Source of the DNA: Octopus sinensis | Taxonomy: Eukaryota | DNA length: 64,000 bases | Direction of reading: 5' to 3' | Assembly: GCF_006345805.1 (NCBI RefSeq) | Contig: NC_043007.1 | Coordinates: forward strand, 22,816,001-22,880,000 | Shown here: piece by piece, positions 1 through 10,299 of the stretch | Numbering within the stretch: position 1 is the first letter of the stretch | How the letters are laid out: each line of letters starts with the position of its first letter | Notes under the pieces: generated by a model | Told to the model about the DNA's origin: nothing | The model's database searches: none | What the model saw: the letters and a program-made list of their open reading frames with translations, nothing else | Position numbers and translations under genes: made by a program

Positions 1-61
1 TTCCACACAAATATGTTACTTTACATATAATTTATGTGTTAATTCTATTTACTGAAACCTG

Positions 62-797
62 CTAAAAAGCATATTTTGCTTTAAAGTAAAGTAATATCTC
101 CTTGTGGACACAATTGTCAGTAATAATACTGTTTCCATTTTTCTCAGCCAATGTTTTTACATTAGTCTTCTTTCGAACTCTAGATAATGCAACATAGAGC
201 TGACCATGTGAGAAGAACTGTGTCGGAAGATATATTCCAATTTGTTCGAAAGTCTGTCCCTGTGCCTTGTTACACGTCAAGGGAAAAGCTGACTTGACAG
301 GAAATTGTTTGTGTGTAAATGTAAATAGAAATTCCATTTCTTGAGAAAAATGTGGTATTCTTGGGATAAGCAGAGTTGATCCTTCTTAAGGACCAGAAGC
401 GACCTCAGCCTCAATAACATCATGTAAACTGACAATGATGCCCTGTGTGCCATTGCAATGTCCATAAGTGACATCTAAATTTCTCAGAAGCATTATGCAT
501 AACTTTTCCTTCAGTTTGAGAATGTGTGGTGGAAACCCTGATGGTGTGGAGTTTGTTGATGAACTCGATTGGGTACAGAGTTTCATTATCAACTGTATCT
601 GAGCTTCTGTATGCGTTTAGCTCCCCAGGGATCCTGGTCAACAGAAAATCATTCACAAATTGTGCTGCTTCATTTGTTGGAGTAACAATGATTGTATTTG
701 CAAGCCACACAGGGTTTGTGCAGTTATTTTTGAGGTCAGTATATACAAAATCACTTAGCTCTGAAAGAGTACCACTTTCAAGGCAAAGGTCATTGCT
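62..797 (-). pseudogene. Helitron RepHel PIF1-like helicase, C-terminal part, frameshifted
   Basis: Three frames give consecutive PIF1/Helitron motifs: WLANTIIVTPTNEAAQFVND..YPIEFINKL (ORF 420-947), PSGFPPHILKLK..MLLRNLD..GHCNGT (386-592), QFPVKSAFPLTCNKAQGQT..FSHGQLYVALSRV (62-337). Truncated upstream by a SINE at ~797. Confidence 0.9.
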
Positions 798-958
798 TAT
801 GTCCCCGTAACTTAGCGGTTCGGCAAAAGAGACCGATAGAATAAGTACTAAGCTGACAAAGAATAAGTCCTGGGGTTGATTCTTCGAATAAAACCCTTTT
901 AGGCGGTGCTCCAGCATGGCTGCAGTCAAATGACTGAAACAAGTCAAGGAATAAAAGT
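797..958 (+). mobile_element. SINE family A, 3' half
   Basis: ccccgtaacttagcggttcggcaaaagag...ggcggtgctccagcatggctgcagtcaaatgactgaaacaag matches other family A copies in the window. Confidence 0.9.
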
Positions 959-960
959 AT

Positions 961-1322
961 GTGGCACCTTGGGCAAGTGTCTTCTACTCTAGCCTCGGGC
1001 CGACCAAAGCCTTGTGAGTGGATTTGGTAGACGGAAACTGAAAGAAGCCCGTCGTATATATATAATATATATATATAATATATATATAATATATATATTA
1101 TATATATATACATGTGTGTGTGTGCGTGCGTGTGTGTGTTTGTCCACCACCATCGCTTGACAACCGATGCTGGTGTGTTCACGTCACCGTAACTTAGCGG
1201 TTCGGTAAAAGAGACCGATAGAAATAAGTATTAGGCTTACAAATAATAAGTCCTGGGATTGATTTGCTTGACTAAAGGTGGTACTCCAGCATGGCCGCAG
1301 TCAAATGACTGAAACAAAAGAA
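961..1322 (+). mobile_element. SINE family A, 5'-truncated
   Basis: gtggcaccttgggcaagtgtctt core, internal (TA)n/(TG)n, conserved 3' tail. Confidence 0.9.
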
Positions 1323-1500
1323 ATATATATATACATATATACTCATACATATATATATATATGCATATATATATACGTATACACTCATACACACACACAG
1401 ACACATATATACACGCATATACACACACGCATATACACACACGCATATATATACACGCATACACACACATAGATATATACGTATTGTAATGCGTATGTAT

Positions 1501-1866
1501 CTATGCGCTTTTAATTGAGAAGATAACCTCGTAGACTAGAGTTGGAAACAATAGTTTTTCTCTATCGTTTGATGAGAAACGTGTATGTTCGCGTAATTTC
1601 TCCTCAATTAGCAGACGATCCCAAACTGTTACTGACATTAATTTCCTACAACTTCTTTTTCTCTCATGGCATTCTTTCTCTCTCCTGATCAACGACTTGT
1701 ATTGTTTTGTTGTCATCATAAAATATTCCGTTATCAAAAGTCCTGAAAGCGTTACACGTTTCATTTTGTTTCTGGAAAGTGTTAAAATTCTTCGTTTCCC
1801 CATCCCCTCTGAAATCCGATATTCTAACCATTGTTGTAGCGTTTTAGAAATGCTGTGTGGAGACAA
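1501..1866 (-). other. Unassigned 121-aa ORF in unique sequence (possible exon)
   Basis: Open frame in non-repeat DNA; candidate acceptor ttgtctccacacag near 1853; its last ~60 bp are duplicated at 2763-2824 with an in-frame 3-nt indel. No recognised domain. Confidence 0.25.
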
Positions 1867-2126
1867 ATAATAACCCTGATTCCTTACGGTATTTATGTAG
1901 TCATTTATTTACTTGCTCATTGTCATTCAGTTCGCAAGCTTTTTTAACTGGCTCTGAGTCTGCATCTCGCCCGAGTAAATGCCGCCACCATTGTTTGTCG
2001 ATGACCTAATCTGTTGACTTAATCTGAAATCAGTCAAGGTTTCACAGCAAACCCCGAGTACACATGGTCCAGTGATCAGTCAAGGTCTGTCTTGAAAAAC
2101 GTATTGCTATATTGGCTGGATTTATT

Positions 2127-2709
2127 CTTTTCTACACTAGGCACAAAGCTCGAAATTTTGGGGGAGGGGCCAGTCGATTTGATCGACCCCAGTACGCAAC
2201 TGGTATTTAATTTATCGACCCTGAAAGGATGAAAGGCAAAGTCGACCTCAGCGGAATTTGAACTCAGAACGTAACGGCAGATGAAATACCTATTTCTTTA
2301 CTACCCACAAGGGGCTAAATACAGAGGGGGACAAACAAAGACAGACAAAGGGATTAAGTCGATTATATCGACCCCAGTGCGTAACTAGTACTAAATTTAT
2401 CGACCCCAAAAGGATGAAAGGCAAAGTTGACCTCAGCAGAATTTGAACTCAGAACGTAACGGCAGACGAAATACCTATTTCTTTACTACCCACAAGGGGC
2501 TTACACACAGAGGGGACAAACAAGGACAGACAAACGGATCGAGTTGATTATATCGACCCCAGTGCGTAACTGGTACTTATTTAATCGACCCCGAAAGGAT
2601 GAAAGGCAAAGTCGACCTCGGCGGAATTAGAACTCAGAACGTAACGGCAGACGAAATACCGCTAAGCATTTTGCCCGGCGTGCTAACCGCTTCTACCAGC
2701 TCGCCACCT
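2127..2709 (-). mobile_element. SINE family B trimer with 17-bp TSD
   Basis: Head aaggtggcgagctggtagaagcgg, three cores at ~185-bp period; TSD TATTGGCTGGATTTATT at 2110-2126 and 2710-2726. Confidence 0.92.
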
Positions 2710-3059
2710 TATTGGCTGGATTTATTACAGTTCTAATGAAACCGGGCGTATCTAGAGGATACTTGAGAATAAGATAACCTCGTCCACTAGATTTGGAAAC
2801 AATGGTTTTTCCCTATCGTTTGATAACCTGCAGAGACACAATACAAGCAGGCGATGGTGGCTTCAGACAGAAACATACTTAGAGGTCACTCATCTGCTCT
2901 CGGTTTGTGCGATGAATGTGAAATATTCTTCTCAAATGCCTGTTGACGTACATTAATTACTAAGTGACAGATATTTGTAGGAACTTTGAGTTTCGTAAGT
3001 AAGCACAGAAAAAAATTTGCGTACCAGTGTCAAAAAAAAAACCTCTTAGATTCTCTTAT

Positions 3060-3472
3060 ATACTCTCTTACTTATTTCAGTCATTTGACTGTGGCCATGC
3101 TGGAGCACCTCCTTTAGTCGAGTACATCGACCCCCAGGACTTATTCTTTGTAAGCCTAGTACTTATTCTATCGGGGCTGTTTTGCCGAACCGCTAAGTCA
3201 CGGGGACGTAAACACATCAGCATCGGTTGTCAAGCGATGTGGGGGGGGGGGGGGGGGCAAACCCAGACACACAAACATATACGCACATATAGATACATAT
3301 ACATATATACGACGGGCTTCTTTCAGTTTCCGTCTACCAAATCCACTCAAGGCTTTGATCGGCACGAGGCTATAATAGAAGACACTTGCCCAAGGTGCCG
3401 CGCCGGGGGACTGAACCCGGAACCATGTAGTTCGTAAGCAAGCTACTTACCACACAGCCACTCCTACGCCTA
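3060..3472 (-). mobile_element. SINE family A, full length
   Basis: tRNA-like head with A/B-box-like motifs at the right end, internal microsatellite, conserved tail at the left end. Confidence 0.92.
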
Positions 3473-3833
3473 TAAATACCTATATTTTTTTTTCGGAGCT
3501 AGATATTCCTTCAGTTTTACTGTGCAGCCAAGTAAGTCCTTGGTTCAATACTCTCTATTGAACCTGGATGGACAGAAAGGAAGTTGATGCTAGGTGACTT
3601 TAAGTTCAGAACAGTTGTGTAAAGTAAAACACCCAGTAACACTTCAACGAGAGGTGATGGCTGCTGTTATTGTTGTTGAAACAGTAAAACACTTGTATAA
3701 CACCCTATCATGTGTAACTTTCTCAGAATGTCTAGTATTGATCTCTTAACAATTGGGCAGGACATTGCTCAAATATATAACGAAACACCTTCAGTACATT
3801 TGAAACTGAGTCAATGGTTCAAGTTCATATCTA

Positions 3834-4797
3834 CAGTGATCCCTCGTTTATCGCGGTAGAATGGTTCCGAGACCGGCCGCGATAACTGAATTTCCGCGAA
3901 GTAGGGACACCATATTTACAGTATTTATTTAACGTGTATTCAGACTTTTAAAACCCTCCCTGTACTGTTAACAACCCACCCATTACAGTAGTCTATTAAT
4001 AACAAGGACAACTGTTAAGAAATAATAATAATAATAATGAAATTACTGTATACAGTGCTCAGGTGCACCACCAAAAAGTGCGTATAAAGTATATGCAGTG
4101 ATGTACAAATGTCTGGAAAGCGAACAGTGTATGAGTCAGATACATGCTTGCGTCTGTATGGAGGGGAGAAAATCAGGTGTAGTGTTGGCAAATCTCAGGA
4201 AGCATGGACGTTTTGAAGGATGCAGTGCTCCGACAACTAACAACTGATGCCGGCAGTTTGTTCCATGCTTCGGCAACTCTTAGCGTGAAAAAATGTTTCC
4301 GAAAGTCATGGGAGCTGTGCTGTTTTCTGACTTTGTAAACATGTCCACGGGTGTTAGAGAGGTGGAGTTTGAAAAGGTGCTCAGAGTTATTGTCAGTAAG
4401 ATGGTTAATAATTTTATGGGTCTCTGCCAAGTCAGCTGCCAGACGTCGGAGTTTCAATGTATCCATGCCCAGGGAAGTAAGGCGTTAAGAATAACACTTC
4501 AGATTTTAAAAAATAAAGATTGTTACTGTTATACAGGCCAGATTACAAAATAGAAAGCTGAGATTCGTCGTCTCTCTCCATTGCACCAATCACAGCCCGT
4601 CTTAAGTTCAAATACCACTGTATATGCTTTTTTGCTATTTTACGCTTGTTTTGTTGTTCCTAGACTAGGAAATAATATTCATTATTAATATTTTAATGGA
4701 TTTAATGAAACATTTTTGGCGCTCATATATATATATTTAAAACCCGCGAAGTGGTGAATCCGCGATAGTTGAACCGCGAAGTAGCGAGGGATCACTG
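3834..4797. mobile_element. pogo/Tigger-like non-autonomous TIR element, TA TSD
   Basis: TIR CAGTGATCCCTCG at 3834 and its reverse complement ending 4797; TA at 3832-33 and 4798-99; subterminal CGCG-rich motifs at both ends. Confidence 0.85.
4173..4466 (-). pseudogene. CR1-type LINE ORF2 C-terminal fragment
   Basis: LKLRRLAADLAETHKII..TRGHVYKVRKQ..RKHFFTLRVAEAWNKLPASVV..FK matches the typical CR1 ORF2 tail. Confidence 0.85.
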
Positions 4798-5589
4798 TAT
4801 TCAGTTCAGTTGTCTCCACAGGAAAGCAAGAGAAATGTCAGCTTGCTAGTAGCTAGAGCACCACACTAGACATCTCGTCAATGGTGTTGCGTTATGTCAA
4901 TAGTAATGGCATTTGACATGAATACAATTCGGTTTATTTAACAGATAATAAATAGGGACTGTGGACTTGTGACAGCTCATTGTTGTAAGCGATGGCTTTT
5001 ATTGTGCAATCAAATTCTTTACTAACTTGTAGTTCTGTGGCTCAGATTCTATTTGCCTGTGATGGTGTAATGTCAGGTTGACTCGACTTGACATATCGGG
5101 TAATTCAGAAGTCCTTTTAGCATTTAAATAAACCACACACACACACACACTATTTGATAATAGACTGTGAAGGTCTAGAAACGTCGGATATGGGTTTAGG
5201 AACTCTACTACTCCAAAGCAAACTGTAAAAAGCTAATAAAAATGAAAATATAATATAAAGATAAAACTTGAACATAGTCCACACACGTGTGTGTGTATAA
5301 TTTTTGCTTACAGTTTCGTTTTTATATATATATAAATACTATATTTGTTATTTCGTTGTGAATATCTTTTGGTATATATATATATCACCGTGACCGCTCG
5401 CTTAGCCAGCAGGGTGGCGTCATTTGAAGGCTAAAACAATGCGAAGCACATTGTGATCAGCGATGTGTGGCAACATCTGATATATATATAAACAAAAATG
5501 TCATTATCAAAAGAAGAGAGAATATTCATTGTCCTAAAAATAGCACACACTACAAGGGTAATCCTGTTCAACTGCTCAGACACGTCGAG

Positions 5590-5790
5590 GTCAATTTCTA
5601 TGGGTAGTCCGGATGGGTGCCAAGGTGAAACGACAACAACATACTAGCTTGCAATCTTTGAATCCTTGAGTTGTAGCTGTCAAGAAGCAGGTAAGGGGCT
5701 AATAAAAGCATTGGGGAGGTAGATGAAGCCAGGTGAGGAGGTTTGAGGAAAGAATTGAGAAGAGTGGGCAAGACGTACATTAGAAACCGG
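5590..5790 (-). pseudogene. Degenerate L2/CR1-group LINE 3' remnant
   Basis: Across frames QFFPQTSS..LP..SYN resembles the FFPRT..WN.LP..SYN motif; very decayed. Confidence 0.35.
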
Positions 5791-6009
5791 TTGTTAACCG
5801 GTTTATGAAGACATTTTAATCCCGTCTTGAAAGGTCGATACCTTTAGAATTAATTAATCACTGCTACAATTCTGGCCTAATTGATTGATTCGTTACATAA
5901 ATAGAATACAAGAATTGATTTCTTACATTAACACATGACAACAGGGAAGTATTATATTTGATGGCATGTAAAACGACCCCGCAAAAAAAGTTTTTAAAAA
6001 AACCACCCC

Positions 6010-6247
6010 AGGTTTAAGTCGATTACATCGACCCCAGTTTTAAACGGGTGCTTATTTCCTCGATCCCGAAAGCATGACAATCAGTGTCAACCTCGGCAAA
6101 ATTTAGACTCAGAAAGTAAAGACGGGCAAAATGCCGCTAAACATTATTTTATTGACCCCCGAAAGGATGAAAGGCTAAATTAAAGACGGACGAAATGCCG
6201 CCAAGCATTTTACCAGGTGTACTAAATTTTGCCAGCTCGCCGCCTTT
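6010..6247 (-). mobile_element. SINE family B, degenerate
   Basis: gtcgattacatcgaccccag..gacgaaatgccgccaagcatttt..gccagctcgccgcctt. Confidence 0.75.
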
Positions 6248-6263
6248 CCTCAAGCTAATATTA

Positions 6264-6634
6264 GTTTCAAATTTTTACAGAAGGCCAGGAATTTTTGAGT
6301 CGGGTGTTCAACTAGTACTTAATCTATAGATCCCCCACCCCCGAAAGGAATGAAAGGCAAAGTCGACTTCGTCAGAATTTGAACCCAGAACCTGCAGACA
6401 GACGAAATACCTATTTCTTTACTACCCACAAGGGGCTAAACACAGAGAGGACAAAGAAGGACAGACAAACGGATTAAGTCGATTACATCGATTTCAGTGC
6501 GTAACTGGTACTTATTTAATCGACCCCGAAAGGATGAAAGGCAAATTTGAACCCAGAACGTGCAGACAGACGAAATTCGGCTACGCATTTCGCCCGGCGT
6601 GCAAACAATTTAGCCAGCTCGCTGCCTCCCCTTT
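6264..6634 (-). mobile_element. SINE family B dimer with TSD
   Basis: Two cores joined at gaaatacctatttc; AGCTAATATTA at 6253-6263 and 6635-6645. Confidence 0.85.
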
Positions 6635-8141
6635 AGCTAATATTAACATCCTTTAATGCACTAAATATATTTTTCGACACAATTTCAGCGCTGCTGAAAT
6701 TTGGATGCGTCTCATATGCCCCTGTGTCGCTTATGCCTTCAAATACTGAACGTTTATAGTCAACTGATTCAACCTGAATGCAATACTGGTACTTAGCCTC
6801 ATTCATCCCATTGAATAAAATACCAAAGAGGTAATCGTCTTTGAAAAGTGCAAGATTTCGAAACCAAAAGGAAGAGCTTTATTGTATAATGTAATTCCTT
6901 AATTATTTAGCCGGAAGTGCGACTGCTTCGGTCATTTACACTCAGTTGAATTAAACTGGACGGAAAAGGGGGGGGGGAATTAAGCTGGACGGAAAACGGG
7001 TGGCGGGGGGAACTCGATGGTGACAGAATACCAAAATATGCTTCTGTCTACGTTAATGTGTTTGCTACTGCACTGAATTTTATAAGAGAAATCGATAAAA
7101 CCGTGTCATCAAAACCTGTAACAATACAAATGGTTTCATTTACTCTGAACAAACCATAATTTTATTTTCAGATAATAACAATTTTCTTGAAATCAATAAA
7201 CATGTTTACAATGAGACAGACAATCTATATACGAATGACTTATTTTTTTTACTCCTTATGTCTTCAAAATAATGTACTCAGTTTTCTATTCACTTTGTAC
7301 AATTTAGTTGTGAGAATATAAAAGATTACTAAACATTGCTTCACTGGTACTGATTAGGTTATGTATTATAGTTTAAAATTCTATTAAGTTATAAATGTTT
7401 TCGTAGCATTTTTATGTTGTTAACTACGCTTCAATACCAAGCTGCCTACGTATAAATATATCAATTTTGATTTGAAATTACGATGACATAACCGCCCTCA
7501 AGTTATTGATTCTGTTAATCTCCGGTTGTCTAACTCGATTGATTTATTCAAACTGTGCATCAGACATTCGCTTTTCTCTGAATTTCAATTCTTTGTGGTT
7601 CTTTAAAATTGTCTTTAATTATTCGTTCAATGAGAATTAGAGATAACTAAGTTTTATATTTTTTTTAGTGTGGGGAAAAAAATGATTGACTAAAACTGTA
7701 GAACGGTTTGTAATGATTAATAAAATTTGGATAAAACATGTAGAAATGAATGATTGTCATCAATTCGTAATGACTTGATTGTGTTGAGTTCGGCCGTGTT
7801 CTCGCTGGGTAAGTTACTTCACTTGTCTTGTCCAGCGCAAAGATCCATACTTAATAATGAAGCTATTAACTTGGAAACAGACGATATTGTAGCGTGGAGA
7901 TTTCGAAACGAAATTTTTTGAAATTTGATGCATCTGATGAGCCTCTTGCAATTAATTACGAACCAATCAGAACTGCATTTATGCAGTAGTTCGATCTGCT
8001 AGAAATACCCCCACCCTCACACACTAATTTCTTAAGGTAGGAAAAACCCAAACTTGGATCTAAACAAAACGACAATCGTTCACATTTTCAAATGTACAAT
8101 GGAAATGCTACTATAACGACCTTTCGGTATTGGTATATAGA

Positions 8142-8374
8142 AAGGCGGCGAGCTGGCAGAAACGTTAGCACGCCGGGCGAAATGCTTAGCAGTATTTCGT
8201 CTGCCGTTACGTTCTGAGTTCAAATTCCGCCGAAGTCGACTTTGCCTTTCATACTTTCGGGATCGATTAAATAAGTACCAGTTACGCACTGGGGTCGATA
8301 TAATCGACTTAAACCATTTGTCTGTCCTTGTTCGTCCTCTCTGTGTTTAGCCCCTTGCATGTAGTAAAGAAATA
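8142..8374 (+). mobile_element. SINE family B monomer with 16-bp TSD
   Basis: aaggcggcgagctggcagaaacgttag head; TSD GGTATTGGTATATAGA at 8126-8141 and 8375-8390. Confidence 0.93.
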
Positions 8375-8645
8375 GGTATTGGTATATAGAGTGTCCGTGA
8401 GAGGAGACGATGTCATTCAAACTCCTTTTCAGCCTAGTCTCTTTAACTATGTCATGAAGGAAGGTTGTGTAGGTGAATGATGTACAATACAGCAATCTTT
8501 TTTCCGCAGAAGAAAGGCTAAGAAGCAATTGGTTCTGTTGCTGAGTATCGTAAATTTACAGTAGCTTGTTCGAATGTTCGATTCGCATATTATTATTGGT
8601 AGGATAGTCGTCCGAGTTCTCCTTGTCTCTCTAGCTCTTTCTCAT

Positions 8646-8731
<86 letters not shown>

Positions 8732-9311
8732 CAGGGGGATTGAAAAGTAAACCCTTATTTAAAATACTTATAAATTATTTATTAGTTGTAATTTTTATAA
8801 AAAGAAAAGATGGATATGCGAAGAAAGCTTTTAGTGTGACGTTTTAAAGTTTGAGAAAAAAATTACAATTAATAAATATTTATGGCTGTGTGGTAAGTAG
8901 ATTGCTTACCAACCACATGGTTCCGGGTTCAGTCCCACTGCGTGGCACTTTGGACAAATGTCTTCTACTATAGCCTTGGGCCGACCAAAGCCTTGTGAGT
9001 GGATTTGGTAGACGGAAACTGAAAGAAGCCCGTCGTATGTATATATATATAATATGTATATATATGTATGTGTGTGTGTGTGTGTGTGTGTGTTTGTCCC
9101 CCCCCCCCCAACATTGCTTGACAACCGTAACTTAGCGGTTCGGCAAAAGAGACTGATAGAATAAGTACTAGGCTTACAAAGAATAAGTCCTGGGGTCAAT
9201 TTGCTCGACTAAATGCAGTGCTCCAGCATGCCCACAGTTAAATGACTGAAACAAGTAAGAGAGTAAAAGAGAAAGTATTTTAAGATAGAGAGTTACTTTT
9301 CAATCACCCTG
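8732..9311. mobile_element. Tc1/mariner-type MITE interrupted by SINE A
   Basis: TIRs CAGGGGGATTGAAAAGTAA and CAGGGTGATTGAAAAGTAA (18/19); TA flanks at 8730-31 and 9312-13. Confidence 0.8.
8883..9271 (+). mobile_element. SINE family A
   Basis: tggctgtgtggtaagtag..ggttcagtcccactgcg head through gactgaaacaagtaagagagtaaaagag tail. Confidence 0.92.
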
Positions 9312-9439
9312 TACATAACAGAAATTTAGGTGACAAAAATATTCCATTTATATATTTGTGATAATGGTTTACAATTTAGTAGTGTACACATACACTTATC
9401 CAAAGGAAACGACAACACTTAGTTGAAAGCAGGTGTCAC

Positions 9440-9720
9440 AAAACATTGATTCACAAATATCGAGGTTTCAAATTAGAAAAAGAGGTCGTTTGGTACAATA
9501 TTTGTGAGGTGTGTATGGATGTGAAAGGGCTTCGTTTATTTCAGTTAGGGTTTGTTTTTACACGCATTTATCAATTGGAGGGGAGTTCAGTCAGGGGCTA
9601 GGTGTGTTTAAAAAGGAAAATGTCAGGTGAAATGGCAGTGTATGTGTCTGTGTGGCGGGGGGATGAGGCAGAGTGTTTTTTTGGTGGGGACTAGATAGGA
9701 GTGGACAGGTATTTTAGGAA
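9440..9720 (-). pseudogene. Possible decayed Penelope-like GIY-YIG C-terminal remnant
   Basis: Across frames TAIS..(H)F....EINEALHIH...LYQ...F.LK resembles PLE endonuclease ends; heavily frameshifted. Confidence 0.25.
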
Positions 9721-9975
9721 GGGGGCTGAATTGTGTGTTACAAGTTGAACTCGGAGTAGAATGTGGGATGAACTAGAAGGCTACCCGATGATTGCGGGTG
9801 GGGGGTAGGGATGACGGTGGGCAACACCGATAAAGATGAGTGAGATGATGGTATTTACTAGATGTGTTGCCCATTGTTGTTGAAATGGCCTCATAATACA
9901 CCCATTTTTTTTGTCAACAGGGTGGGGTAAGCGTGGGAATTGAAGGAGAGGATCGTAAAATGGAGAGCATGGAAA

Positions 9976-10007
<32 letters not shown>

Positions 10008-10299
10008 ATAAACACATTGTACAAAGGGGTAATTGAAAAAAATTCTCCTTGTTTTGTTGCCATTGGTCGGTTGTGTGTATTGAGTGCGTGTGTTTGTATG
10101 TTGTCGTGTGTGTGTGTGTTTGCTTTATTTCGTGTATGTGTGTTCTGGATGGACTGTTTGGGTATAATTTCATTCTCAGCAAATATGCGTGATCTGTGTA
10201 GGTGGGTATTCACGGTGTGTGTGTTTGTTTGTGTGGAAGGTGTGAAATGTGTATATGTATAGTATGTGAGTTGGTATTCAATGCGTGTATGTATGTATG

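Noticed and set aside
1905-2960. Multi-exon gene model on - from candidate AG/GT sites
   Set aside because: The candidate exons cannot be joined into one open frame, and the introns would be only ~50-60 nt.
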